NCBI GenBank assembly: GCA_977017575.1
Contig: CDRNVI010000049.1
Location: 124,001 to 188,000 of the forward strand
DNA: 64,000 bases
Reading direction: 5' to 3'
Source: Paramoeba atlantica
Taxonomy: Eukaryota > Protista > Discosea
Shown: in pieces, positions 19,963 to 30,689 of the stretch
How positions within the stretch are numbered: position 1 is the stretch's first letter
Layout: each line of letters begins with the position of its first letter
Program-made: the position numbers and the translations under genes
The notes under the pieces: generated by a model
Told to the model about the DNA's origin: nothing
The model's database searches: none
The model's input: only the letters and a program-made list of their open reading frames with translations

Positions 19963-22900
19963 ATGGATTCCTCTACTACTCAAGAACACAAAAGCTTTGT
20001 CAAGAAAATAAAGGGCCGTGGGGCCAAGAAAAAAGAGCTTGCTGTCAAAAAGAAGCGTGAATTGGACTCGGAACCTAATAGGGGTCGCAACCCCAAAGCA
20101 TTCACCCGACCCTCCGATGGTACACGTAAGGCGCTCGCAACGAAAAGAAAGGTTGAACAGCGAGAGAATCGCCTCCGGTTGCCCAACATCGACCTTTCCT
20201 ATACGAAAACCTCTCCACCGCCGTTAGTGATTGCGGTCGTAGGACCACCCCGATCTGGAAAGAGCACATTGATACGATCTCTGATAAAGGCTCTAACACA
20301 AAAGAAAGTGCAACGCGTGAATGGTCCCATCACAATGTGCGGCAAAAATGATTCCCAACGTGTAACATTTCTTGAGTGCCCTGCAACATTGAATGCCATG
20401 TGCGATGTAAGCAAAATTGCAGACATCGTAGTCATGGTAATCGACAGCTCCTTTGGCTTTGAACTTGAAACATTTGAGTTTTTGAATATCGCAACTGTAC
20501 ATGGGCTCCCGCGAATTGTTGGTATCTTAACGCACCTGGACAACATGAAAAATAATAAAACTCTCAAAAAATCGAAGAAGATTATGCGACATCGCTTTGC
20601 TCAAGAGGTTTCACAAGGTGCAAAATTGTTCTATCTCACTGGGAGGGAAAAAAGCGGGTTGTACAAGAGGAGTGAAATGCTGACGCTTCAACACTATCTA
20701 CACTCTGTTAAGGCCACGAATGTAACTTGGAAAGGTTCCCATCCGTATCTTCTTGCAGATCGATATGAAGATATTACAAACAACGACGAGTCGGACGCAT
20801 CTGATAGTAATCGAACGGTTGCATTCTACGGTTATGTCCGAGGCAAACCTTTACTGCCCCGTCAAAGCGTTCATCTTCCTGGGGTCGGTGACTACCCTGT
20901 TGCGCATATTATGCCTTTAAAAGATCCTTGTCGGACGATGAAGAAAAGCACGACCCGGTCCTTGACAGGTCGTAGCGGGCGTAGCGTCTACGCTCCCCAG
21001 TGTGATCTTGGGGAGCTGAGCTACCAACAAGATGGTGTGTTTGTACACATGGAACCACCTTCGCAGGCGTCGCCTTTATCAAATGAAGCAACTGTCGAAT
21101 CTGGGATCTCCTTGATTCAGGAGCTGCGAGATTTGAAGGCAGAAACGTTTTCGCATGCGGGAAAAATGTCCAACCTTTCTAGGGAGAGCTCAGTTAAAAA
21201 TGGGTTTGTTCATCATGAAAATAATCTTTACTTGAGGGAAACGGATATTGCGTTAGAGGTTGAAACCAACAACACATCCATGTATTCGGATTTGGATTGC
21301 ACTAAGCTTATTCCCTTCACTGGTCAGCCAACCACCAAAACAACTTGGGATGATCCAGAGAAAATAGGTAGCATCAGAAATTTGTTTATCACAGGAAGAT
21401 GGGAAGAATCCGACTTATCAAAAGGCCTCCTTGAGGGGAAACCAAGCGAAGAGGGTTCATTAGAAAAAGGGTACGAAAGTATGGATTCAGAGGATACAGA
21501 GGATTCCAAAAATATGCAGAGCGATACGGACTCTGATAGCAGTAATGCAGCTAACGATGAAGAAGGAAATTACACACATCAGAATCGCAATGAGAGTTCC
21601 ACACTCAGAAAACGGAAACACGCTATTCTTCAAGGTGACGAAGAAGCCCATTCTCTTGTACAGCACTTTTTGAATTCTTCATCCGTGGACAAGCCTTTAG
21701 TGCAATCGGAAAGTCCAATTGAAACCCAAAATTCTCTTCAAATCACAGCTGGTCTATCAAACGTTCCGCCTGGTATGTCAGCTGATTACTTTGAGCGAAA
21801 GAAGCGTCAAAAGCTCCAATTTTTGGATAGCTTATCAAGCACCAGATCTCCAAACTTAGATGACGGTGAAGATGAAGCACAAGAAGCCAATGTAACAAAA
21901 GGTCCTCAGACTCATCTTTCTCAGCTAGAGAATCAAGCAAAGAAACAGCACGAGTACGCTAATCAAGTGTTGGAAAGGATTGCCCCTGATGAGAACTCTC
22001 GCGTGAACATTTTAGGATATCTGCCTGGTATGTATGTGAGAGTTGTTTTGCGCAATCTTCCTGTGGAATCCTTAAACACATTACGTCAGTCGATCAATGC
22101 TCCTGTCATTCTCGGAGGTCTTCTTCCCGGTGAGGACACTCTGGGACTCATTCACGCTCGTGTAAAACGACATCGCTGGCACAAGGGTCTCGGCAAGTCG
22201 TACGATCCCGTTGTCTTTTCCATGGGGTGGAGAAGATTCCAGACCCAACCGATCTACGCAATGGAGGATCCCACAGGAAGGCAGCGTTTTTTAAAGTATA
22301 CTCCTCAGCATATGCATTGTGTAGCAAGCTTCTACGGTCCTCAGGTTCCTCCAAATACAGGCATATGTGCATTACGTTTGCCTCGACAAGATGATAGTGA
22401 ATCAATAGAAACGAAGCGTCCTCGATTTCGCTTGACCCTTTCTGGCTATACCATGGAAATTGCGACGACGTCTAGAATAGTGAAGAAGCTCAAAATAGTG
22501 GGATACCCTCACAAGATCAGCAAGAATACTGTATTTGTCAAAGACATGTTTAGTAGTTCGAGCGAAGCTGTTCGTTTCGAAGGCGCAAAACTTCGTACAG
22601 TTTCCGGTATTCGTGGTGCAATAAAAAAGGCTGTAGCTACACAAGATGGGATGGTTCGTTGCAGTTTCGAAGACAAATTGCTCAGGAGTGACATCATTTT
22701 TCTTCGTGCGTTCACGCCTGTGGAACCTCCCCAATATTATAACCCTGTCACAAATTTATGTGAAGTCGGTGGTCAGTGGAAGGGCATGCGTACCACCCGA
22801 GAGCTGTGTATTGCAACCGGTAGTAGCATTCCGAAGAATCCTGACAGTGAGTATCTTGAGAATCCAGTGCATAAAGAAGCCTCGGAGCACCACTTCTCTG

Positions 22901-23247
22901 TTCCGAAAGCACTCGCAAAGCAGTTGCCATATTCCCACAAGGAATCGAGAACGAATCCGAAGGCTAACATAGTGGTTGGAATACCGAAAGATATAAGAAG
23001 TGAAGTTGCTGAGTTGGCAACCGTATTTCAAGACCGCAAGGAGAGTCAGAAAATGTCCGTACTCGAGCACTTCGATACAACCCGGAGGAAAATGGAGGCA
23101 ACTGACGAAAAAGCAGCAAAGAAACGTTTGTTAGAAACCGAGAAGAAAACCCGAAAAGACGAACTTCATCAAGCCCAACGCGTTAAAAAATATAAAAAAG
23201 AAACCGCCAAGAAACTGGACTTTAGAAAAGGATCAAAGAGAGGATAA
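19963..23247 (+). CDS. BMS1: Ribosome biogenesis GTPase BMS1
   Basis: RGRNPKAF, P-loop VVGPPRSGKSTLIRSL, RVTFLECP, HPYLLADRYED, RVKRHRWH, SMGWRRFQT, FEGAKLRTVSGIRGAIKKA. Confidence 0.97.
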   Translation: MDSSTTQEHKSFVKKIKGRGAKKKELAVKKKRELDSEPNRGRNPKAFTRPSDGTRKALATKRKVEQRENRLRLPNIDLSYTKTSPPPLVIAVVGPPRSGKSTLIRSLIKALTQKKVQRVNGPITMCGKNDSQRVTFLECPATLNAMCDVSKIADIVVMVIDSSFGFELETFEFLNIATVHGLPRIVGILTHLDNMKNNKTLKKSKKIMRHRFAQEVSQGAKLFYLTGREKSGLYKRSEMLTLQHYLHSVKATNVTWKGSHPYLLADRYEDITNNDESDASDSNRTVAFYGYVRGKPLLPRQSVHLPGVGDYPVAHIMPLKDPCRTMKKSTTRSLTGRSGRSVYAPQCDLGELSYQQDGVFVHMEPPSQASPLSNEATVESGISLIQELRDLKAETFSHAGKMSNLSRESSVKNGFVHHENNLYLRETDIALEVETNNTSMYSDLDCTKLIPFTGQPTTKTTWDDPEKIGSIRNLFITGRWEESDLSKGLLEGKPSEEGSLEKGYESMDSEDTEDSKNMQSDTDSDSSNAANDEEGNYTHQNRNESSTLRKRKHAILQGDEEAHSLVQHFLNSSSVDKPLVQSESPIETQNSLQITAGLSNVPPGMSADYFERKKRQKLQFLDSLSSTRSPNLDDGEDEAQEANVTKGPQTHLSQLENQAKKQHEYANQVLERIAPDENSRVNILGYLPGMYVRVVLRNLPVESLNTLRQSINAPVILGGLLPGEDTLGLIHARVKRHRWHKGLGKSYDPVVFSMGWRRFQTQPIYAMEDPTGRQRFLKYTPQHMHCVASFYGPQVPPNTGICALRLPRQDDSESIETKRPRFRLTLSGYTMEIATTSRIVKKLKIVGYPHKISKNTVFVKDMFSSSSEAVRFEGAKLRTVSGIRGAIKKAVATQDGMVRCSFEDKLLRSDIIFLRAFTPVEPPQYYNPVTNLCEVGGQWKGMRTTRELCIATGSSIPKNPDSEYLENPVHKEASEHHFSVPKALAKQLPYSHKESRTNPKANIVVGIPKDIRSEVAELATVFQDRKESQKMSVLEHFDTTRRKMEATDEKAAKKRLLETEKKTRKDELHQAQRVKKYKKETAKKLDFRKGSKRG

Positions 23248-23505
23248 GAAACTCATAGAGAATGTATGCGATTGCGCACTGTGACAAGTAACTGAAGCTG
23301 TTCAAGTATAAGTAACGGGAATTGACAGTATGAACAAGATATCGAATTGTTATAATATATGCGCGTCTTCAGGTATCTATCATACGATGTACAGAAGATG
23401 GCATGCTTACTGTGTGTCGCTTTGTTACCACAAACCTATTTTCACTGCATATTGCTTTTGAACATTTTTATTTTTCCGTCTTAATAAACCTTCAGTGATC
23501 TTTTC

Positions 23506-26355
23506 ATGTCGACGGAGGCATCCGAGTGCGTCGTGGATTGTGATACAACACGTATCCTTTCTTCGTCTTATTTACAGAAAGTGCCACAACCAGATCCTAT
23601 TCTTATACACATACTACAAGCTACGGAAGTCCTATTTCATACAAAAGGAGCATTTCGTAGCGAGGAAAGCAACAGTGACATATCACTTCAAGTGCTTTAT
23701 CCGGACCTTTGGCAGCGCATACAATCATCTGGTCCATGCACTGAAACCTCTTCTTGTGGGGTTAAGCGACTGACATTCGCACTTCTGCATTGCATGCTTC
23801 TGCAGCCCACTAGAGTGCGTACTCTCAAATGTTTTCTACCCCATACTGTGCATCATTTAATCTGCAGCGTGCATGCTATCACACTTCCGATAGGACAACT
23901 TCTTGAAGATTTAATTTTAGGCTCAATCATACACTGCACCGATTGGGCCATCATCCTGTACTTGGCATGGATAACCCAATCATACAAGTTTTTGAAGTGT
24001 CGCACAGTTATGATGAACTCCTTACATAAGGCAATAAACGCGTCGAGTGATTCCTTACACCACAAATCTCCACATTTTACAGGCGACTGTCATGAACTTG
24101 CGCATGAAGCATTAATTATTCTTGGTTTTTCTGACGAAAAGCGTACAGAATTCTTTGCCTCCTTCCAATTCTTATCCTCACGCACAAACGGTTGCGATTT
24201 ATCGATTGCAACTCTTTTTAACACTGTTAGCTCACCCCCGCGAGCCCAAACCTATGGAGCTTACCACCTCTTTGAAAATCCTTCTTCGCCAAGTTCTGTA
24301 TACATTTTTCCTAAGCAAAGAGATGACACCCCTGTGTTTGTCGTGCAACACACCACAGAGGATATTTCGGCTGCATCTTCCTTAGCAAATAAGGCGCACA
24401 ACTTTGATGACGATGCAAACATGGATATTGTAAAAATGTTTACCACTTGCTTCCTTCAGAATACGCAAAACGCTGGTCGGCTTGTTACGAGGTGGCTTTT
24501 GGATCCGAAAAAGATATTTTCACTTCAAAGGAGTCCAACTACTGGGCATCACTCATGGATACAAATAATGTGCAACTCAAACCATATGCTACGTCGAAGG
24601 TTATTCGTACGTCAAATATTGTGGAGCAATGCTTCCAATCTTAGCGAATGTGTTGGGTGTCTTTTATCCATGCATGATGCTTTTTTTCTACCTGAGGCAA
24701 GCCACTCTTTGTGTCATGATGGTGCAGAAGAGCAAAAGGAAGTGCACGAATGGAAAGAGAGAAGCACTTTTTCATTATCGTTAAACGTTCTCTGCATTTT
24801 AGAAGAGTTTTTGTCCATTGAGCTGCAATGCACGAATGGGTGGTATTCGGAATCTTCTGAGCAACAAGGGACCCATAGTCCCCACCACCAGGCTAACCCA
24901 TCAAAGTTTTGGATGATCATACTTCTGTTGCGTCTATCACAACTACCAAACGGCAAAGGTGGGGATATTGCGAGCTTTACATTGTTACATGCCATTTCCT
25001 ATATGTACCGTCATATCATGCTTCTAGATGTCACTCTTGTTCATCGATTACGTCACCTTGTGGTTCATTTAGGACAGTCCTACGCTTTTGAAATGCCTTG
25101 GTCGTTGTGGTATGAAATGTGTACGGATTACTCGGATTCGCGCCTGGGCGTTTGCAGAAAGCTTTTCCTTCACGAAATTCTTAGTGATATGACGGTACGC
25201 TCGTTTTCCCGCCGAGTACTTCGCGCTGTTCCTGAAGAAATTCATGCTCTCGTTCCTCGCACGCCACGTCGCGGGGCTCGTGACTCCTTCCGCCGCCTAG
25301 CAAGCCTAGAAAAGATTCTTGGGTCGAAAAACATGTCCATGTTAAAAAATGTCATGTTTCGGCTACGTGATTTATATTCCCCAAATGTTGACTGTGACGC
25401 AAGTGAAAGCGCTCATATTCAGCTGATGCATTCTATTTTGTGTGAAAGTGAAGTGTCCCTCTGCTATCAGAGGGAATTGTTACATTTTTCACGTGACATA
25501 TTTAGCGAATTAGACCTTTCGTTGTACGAGCAACTGAATCAGCGTACGGATCTTGAGAGGGGAATCTTAAAAGAGGGAAAACGAGTTTCTATTCTACACT
25601 TCAAAATCTATGTGGAACTTTTGAATCACATTCTTACCTTCTGGAAAGGTAACTCTGCTGCGAGATTTCACACGTTTTGTAACGTAATAAAGTCCGGGGT
25701 TTGTAGGCCTATACACATTGCGCTATGGTTGGAACAACCAGAAATTGTTCAAATCTGGGAGCAAAGTTGGATTACCGACGTACTTGTATATGCAATAGAT
25801 CATGTCTTGCGGCCATCTGTCGAAAACATCTCTGAAGCGGGCAGCTTGTGTGCATCGAACACACGAGAGATTAGTACATCTGAGGCTAGTTACGTGCATG
25901 CAAAATGGGAGTACGAAGTACGAGTTTTCTTTTTAGTATCACTACAGGCTTTATGTCAGCACATTTCAACGGCATGTTGTACTGAAAAAGCGGAGGTAAA
26001 AAAAATTATGGAATCTTCCCATGGGAAAGAAGGTATGAACCCGAAATGGCACACCAAAAACGTAGTTTGGCTTCGGGGAGCTGTAGGCATGGTGCGTATC
26101 TTACTGCGCTCAGCGCATAACAATTGTATTGCGGCGCGACTTCCTTCGCTATCGGCATGCTTGCGTGACATAGTTTTCATCGAGGGATCAACTAATGATT
26201 TTTTGATAATCATGTTTATGGAAGTATTCGCACCACAAAAACTTCTCTATCGAGAGAATAATCTTTCAGAACGAACGCGAACATCAAATCTCAAATCCAC
26301 GGAGAGTAGAAAACCCTTGATTTGCTTTCGAGAATTTTTAGAATATGAAAAATAG
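23506..26355 (+). CDS. Nuclear cap-binding complex large subunit (CBP80/NCBP1-like, MIF4G repeats)
   Basis: LVHRLRHLVVHLGQSYAFEMPWSLW and RKLFLHEILSDMTVRSFSRRVLRAVPEEIHALVP align by eye with the CBP80 segments [23 protein letters not shown] and KFVREVLEKCMRLSYHQRILDIVP. Confidence 0.62.
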   Translation: MSTEASECVVDCDTTRILSSSYLQKVPQPDPILIHILQATEVLFHTKGAFRSEESNSDISLQVLYPDLWQRIQSSGPCTETSSCGVKRLTFALLHCMLLQPTRVRTLKCFLPHTVHHLICSVHAITLPIGQLLEDLILGSIIHCTDWAIILYLAWITQSYKFLKCRTVMMNSLHKAINASSDSLHHKSPHFTGDCHELAHEALIILGFSDEKRTEFFASFQFLSSRTNGCDLSIATLFNTVSSPPRAQTYGAYHLFENPSSPSSVYIFPKQRDDTPVFVVQHTTEDISAASSLANKAHNFDDDANMDIVKMFTTCFLQNTQNAGRLVTRWLLDPKKIFSLQRSPTTGHHSWIQIMCNSNHMLRRRLFVRQILWSNASNLSECVGCLLSMHDAFFLPEASHSLCHDGAEEQKEVHEWKERSTFSLSLNVLCILEEFLSIELQCTNGWYSESSEQQGTHSPHHQANPSKFWMIILLLRLSQLPNGKGGDIASFTLLHAISYMYRHIMLLDVTLVHRLRHLVVHLGQSYAFEMPWSLWYEMCTDYSDSRLGVCRKLFLHEILSDMTVRSFSRRVLRAVPEEIHALVPRTPRRGARDSFRRLASLEKILGSKNMSMLKNVMFRLRDLYSPNVDCDASESAHIQLMHSILCESEVSLCYQRELLHFSRDIFSELDLSLYEQLNQRTDLERGILKEGKRVSILHFKIYVELLNHILTFWKGNSAARFHTFCNVIKSGVCRPIHIALWLEQPEIVQIWEQSWITDVLVYAIDHVLRPSVENISEAGSLCASNTREISTSEASYVHAKWEYEVRVFFLVSLQALCQHISTACCTEKAEVKKIMESSHGKEGMNPKWHTKNVVWLRGAVGMVRILLRSAHNNCIAARLPSLSACLRDIVFIEGSTNDFLIIMFMEVFAPQKLLYRENNLSERTRTSNLKSTESRKPLICFREFLEYEK

Positions 26356-26525
26356 GAAAAGTAACGTTGCTTTTCACCAATACATTATTAAACACAAGCA
26401 CTAACATCTTTACTTTAAGTCAAAGGAGTTTTGCTTCGAGAGGGTTTATAGCGTCATTGTCTAGTTAACATTTATTACTCAAGGGTATGTAATCAAGATG
26501 TTTGAAGCATAACATCAGAAACGTC

Positions 26526-29351
26526 ATGCGCTTAACTTGGATTGATTATGATGGAGGCCTGCCTAAACTCTATTTGGAGGTTTTTCGTGACGTTCACTGT
26601 AAGGTATTGCTTTTAACACCTTCACAACTTGGTGTATTAGAAGGGCCAAAGACGCTTGATAGCGAACTTCATGACACGAGTCCTCCTGATCCTTCTCCGT
26701 TTGCTGCCTTACGAACACTTTCAACTTTTGAATTTGTTCGCTTGATTTCGGAACCAATAAGTTTGCAAAAGCATATCCACGAATATGTTATGACTCCATA
26801 TAGCTTGATGAGTGCAGCGGCGTGCGGTATGACCACAGCGGATGTTTTGTTCGGCCTGTACGTTGCTCTAGGCGGAAAAGTGTGCTCAGAAAATGTTGTT
26901 GAATTTATGCTGTTGCTAAAATTGCTTACCGTAAACGATTGTGGGCGTTCAGAGGTTGTTCCTTGCTCTAGGACTACAAATAAATCTCCAGCACAAAGGA
27001 AGAAAAAGAAATCAAATTCGAAATCATCCCAAAATGAGATGGAAAGAGGGGAACAGCCAAGAGAGTTCGAAGAGATCAATAACAGCCTTCCCCGTGATCA
27101 TAGCATTTCAATTATCTCATTCTTTAAAGAGCTTGCACCAACTGGGGTTATTTCATACATTATGAATATTTACGAAAAGTACAATAAAATGAGCATTGTA
27201 CTCGGCTCATTGAAAGGTACAACGCAAAATACAAGTCCTTACTTTCACAAGAGCAAGAGTGCATACTCTCTGGAATTACAAAAGACCAGCGACGGCGTCA
27301 ATTTGTTAGCGAAATCAATGGCTCCTTCTCTCTCGAAGAACGAACGCCCGATTGCTCAAGGCTCGTTAGCCAGTCCCGATAAAATACACATCGACGAACA
27401 AGGAGGTGGTACTCTTGAATGCAGTGACAGCAAAGCCAAGCCTACATCAGAGTCTTTCTCCTCAGAGCAACCACATTTTCAAAATTCATCTTTTAATGCT
27501 GATTATGTTTTAGAGATGGAGGCGCCCGAATCGATTTCAGAAATGCTACAAAGCCGCTTCGATCTTGTTCCTGTAGAGAGAGGAAGTCCATCTAGTGTAA
27601 GTACTGTGGAGAAAACTTTCATTCATTTTGAAAATCAAGATCTTAAGGAGAAACCCAGTTTCCGTTCTGCTAAAAGAAACTTTGTCATTCCTATGCGTAA
27701 TCTGAAATCATTGAAAACGTACCTCATTGACACCTGCGGATACTCCGTCATGCAAGAGTACGACTTTCGAAAAGAAAATGATTTCTCTCTTCCTCCTCTA
27801 TCCATCTCTCTAGCAAGTTCCGTTTTCTTACGTCCGTATCAACGCGAAGCGTTGAGCCATTTTGTTATAAATGGCCAAAGAGCTGTCAGTGGGATTATAG
27901 TTCTTCCTTGTGGAGCAGGAAAGACTCTTTTAGGTATCAGTGCACTATGCACAGTAGGGAGACCGGCCGTTGTTGTTTGTCCGTCTGCAGTATCCGTTGA
28001 ACAATGGAAAAGACAATTTCTTGAATTCACGACTTCGAGAAATACGAACGATCCAAGTGTTAAAACTCAAGTACTTTCTCTTCTTAGCCGGGGTAAACAA
28101 TCTATTACGAACTCAACTTCAATCATTCTGACAACTTACAGCATGTTGTGTGTAGATCCCGCACGTCGCTCGGAAAAGAGTAGGCGCATGATTGACCGTC
28201 TGACCTCTCGACCATGGGGTACGCTCATACTCGACGAAGTACATTCACTTCCTGCAAATATTTTTCAGCGAATTATGTCACAGGTTCACGCAAGGTGCGT
28301 TTTAGGCCTCACAGCGACTCTGCTACGCGAGGACGATAAGGTTCAAAACCTCACACATCTGGTCGGACCGAAATTGTATGAGGTGTCAAGAAATTATTTA
28401 GTGCAACAAAATTATCTTGCCCAAGTATCGTGCGTCCAACTAACATGTACTATGACTCCTCCTTTTTTGAAAGAGTATTCTCGACCAGGGTCTCCAATGC
28501 CGCTTCGACTTTGTCTCGCTGCATCCAATCCACAAAAAATTAGAGAGTGTGTTCATCTTTGCCAAAAACATACCCGTAATGGAGATAAGGTTATGGTGTT
28601 CTCGGATTCACTTTTTGCTTTACACATCTGCCGTGAGGCATTGCGCTGTCCTATTCTGACGGGCAAAACCCCTCATCATGAACGACTTGCTATCCTTTCG
28701 GATTTTCAGCACTCTTTGTCATGTTCAGTGCTTTGTATTAGTCGAGTGGGCGACACAAGCATTAACCTCCCCGCGGCTTCTGTATTGGTCCAAATTAGTT
28801 TTCAAGGTGGAAGTCGTCGTCAAGAAGTTCAACGTATCGGCCGTTTGCTTCGACCCAAACCCTCGGGTGGTTCGACGTATTTCTACAGTCTCATTAGCAG
28901 CCACACCCACGAAATCTCATTTGCGCATAGACGTCGTTCCTACCTGGAGCAACAAGGGTATCAAATTCTTTCAAAAAGAAGCTTTTTGGATCCTTCGTTG
29001 CAGTCTTCCTATGGAATCACATTGCCTATGTCCTCCAACGAAGGCGTTCTTGACGTTCTGGGACGCGCGATTAGCCAGTGGGAATCTGTCTTTCACGACG
29101 ACATGCTCGAACAGCGAACCCTTCTCGACGATACTTTGATACCATCCATTGCAAACGGGGGAAGCAAAGAAAATACGTGGAAAAGATCAAGAAATGCAGT
29201 AGAGTCACCTCCGTTTTCCGCTAACGATTGGATTGAACATCGTGAGGAAGGCATAGTGATGAGACATGGATCTCTTGCTGATCTCTCTGTGGGGGAGAAT
29301 GATCTCGTTTTCTCGGAGTATACGTTGCTAGATGAGAAAGTGGTTTCATAG
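26526..29351 (+). CDS. XPB: XPB/ERCC3-family DNA helicase
   Basis: N-terminal SEP...HIHEYVMTPYSL..A, LRPYQREAL, SGIIVLPCGAGKTL, ILDEVH, LGLTATLLRED, SRVGDTSINLP.A and QRIGRLLRPK. The TFIIH versus XPB-R paralog cannot be resolved. Confidence 0.94.
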   Translation: MRLTWIDYDGGLPKLYLEVFRDVHCKVLLLTPSQLGVLEGPKTLDSELHDTSPPDPSPFAALRTLSTFEFVRLISEPISLQKHIHEYVMTPYSLMSAAACGMTTADVLFGLYVALGGKVCSENVVEFMLLLKLLTVNDCGRSEVVPCSRTTNKSPAQRKKKKSNSKSSQNEMERGEQPREFEEINNSLPRDHSISIISFFKELAPTGVISYIMNIYEKYNKMSIVLGSLKGTTQNTSPYFHKSKSAYSLELQKTSDGVNLLAKSMAPSLSKNERPIAQGSLASPDKIHIDEQGGGTLECSDSKAKPTSESFSSEQPHFQNSSFNADYVLEMEAPESISEMLQSRFDLVPVERGSPSSVSTVEKTFIHFENQDLKEKPSFRSAKRNFVIPMRNLKSLKTYLIDTCGYSVMQEYDFRKENDFSLPPLSISLASSVFLRPYQREALSHFVINGQRAVSGIIVLPCGAGKTLLGISALCTVGRPAVVVCPSAVSVEQWKRQFLEFTTSRNTNDPSVKTQVLSLLSRGKQSITNSTSIILTTYSMLCVDPARRSEKSRRMIDRLTSRPWGTLILDEVHSLPANIFQRIMSQVHARCVLGLTATLLREDDKVQNLTHLVGPKLYEVSRNYLVQQNYLAQVSCVQLTCTMTPPFLKEYSRPGSPMPLRLCLAASNPQKIRECVHLCQKHTRNGDKVMVFSDSLFALHICREALRCPILTGKTPHHERLAILSDFQHSLSCSVLCISRVGDTSINLPAASVLVQISFQGGSRRQEVQRIGRLLRPKPSGGSTYFYSLISSHTHEISFAHRRRSYLEQQGYQILSKRSFLDPSLQSSYGITLPMSSNEGVLDVLGRAISQWESVFHDDMLEQRTLLDDTLIPSIANGGSKENTWKRSRNAVESPPFSANDWIEHREEGIVMRHGSLADLSVGENDLVFSEYTLLDEKVVS

Positions 29352-29570
29352 AGGCTCTAGAAATTGAAAAGAAAGTAAATAATTAACGCGACTCTATCTT
29401 GAGTTTTATCGATGCAGGGCGAAAACCTATAGAGAGAATTACTCCTTGCGAGGACAGCGCAATGACGCCTGTCGCACGGAGGGTTCGTCATAGAGCCACG
29501 CCAACGTGGTCCTCAAGGGAGGTCCCGTAGTGCATTGGGGGGGGGTACTGGGTTTTCGCTTGGGGGTATC

Positions 29571-29700
29571 AATGAGTGTCTGCAAGAGGACGCACCCACA
29601 CAGCATTGTTGAGAGGCTGCAAGAAGCCTTTCGGCTACACAGCATCGTTGAGTGGCTGCAAGAGGGTGCGTCGCACACAGCATTAAAGAGAGGCTTTCCC
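29571..29700. repeat. Degenerate 38-39 bp tandem repeat (3-4 units)
   Basis: Units CACACAGCATTGTTGAGAGGCTGCAAGA (29597), TACACAGCATCGTTGAGTGGCTGCAAGA (29636) and CACACAGCATTAAAGAGAGGCT (29674). Confidence 0.7.
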
Positions 29701-29922
29701 CGGCATCCATCCAGTGGGAGCATTCGGCGGGCAATGAACACCTCGCTGCACACAGGGGTGTGAGGTCGCGCATCTCCTACTTTAACGGAAACATAAGTTT
29801 CCGTCCCTAGCCGTAGGGACGGCTATTTAATTCCAGGGCAGCAAAAGCGATACTTTTAATATTTCAAGTTGAAACTTTCAACAGTTCCCGATAGCCAATA
29901 GATATTGTGAACCTTACTAGAA

Positions 29923-30590
29923 CGGGACCCCGAGTGGGAAACAGCGGCCCGCCTTCGGTACTTGGTCTCCCCGACCTCCGAACCTGAACTACAGTGCGTG
30001 TGCGGCGCCACCCTCAGGAACGAGGATTTTTGCGTCCACGCGCTGGACTGCAAGAAGGTCAGGGGCAAGACCCAAGCCTCTCGACATAAAGTAGTTAAGG
30101 AAACCTTCCGAAACCTCCTAATCAACTATGGTTTCTCCCCAGACCTTTGCGAACCCAGGTTCGACAACGGTCGAGGCCCTGACATATGATTCCAACTGGG
30201 TCGGAAGCTCGCCCTTGTGGACGTCACCGTGGTCAACCCACTGGCCCCGTCCTACGCAGAGAAGGAGGCCGCCCATCCCTCTTATACACTGAGGATGGCG
30301 GAAGGCAACAAGCGCCGCGCCCATGACGAGATGGCGGCCGCCAGAGGGATGGATTTTTTCCCCCTGGCCTTCATCACCTATGGGGTGCCTGGCCCAGAGA
30401 CCCTCAATTTTCTCAATAGGGTGGCCAGAGCACACACGTCCGACAGGGCCGGATGTCTCTCTCACCTTCTGATGGCTATGGGAGTAGCCATCCAGAAGGG
30501 CAATGCCCAGATAGTGCAAGCGGCGGTACAGGATTGGTACCGTCGCGGGGTGCGCTAACTGGGGTAGGAGCGGGGGGTGAAAATATAATA
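29923..30590 (+). mobile_element. 5'-truncated CRE/SLACS-clade non-LTR retrotransposon (endonuclease-end fragment)
   Basis: Encodes CVC..H.LDC (CCHC), RHKVVK, EPRF..GPDI and VDVTVVNP (restriction-like endonuclease). One TGC>TGA stop at 30187. Near-identical to 57318-57913. Confidence 0.9.
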
Positions 30591-30689
30591 TAATATCCGT
30601 CTTTTTTTAGGCTTCATACTTAGCAGGATCGGGGGTGGCGCTAAAAAATTTCCTAAAACTTTCATTTTCCTATCTGCGATTTTTACTAC

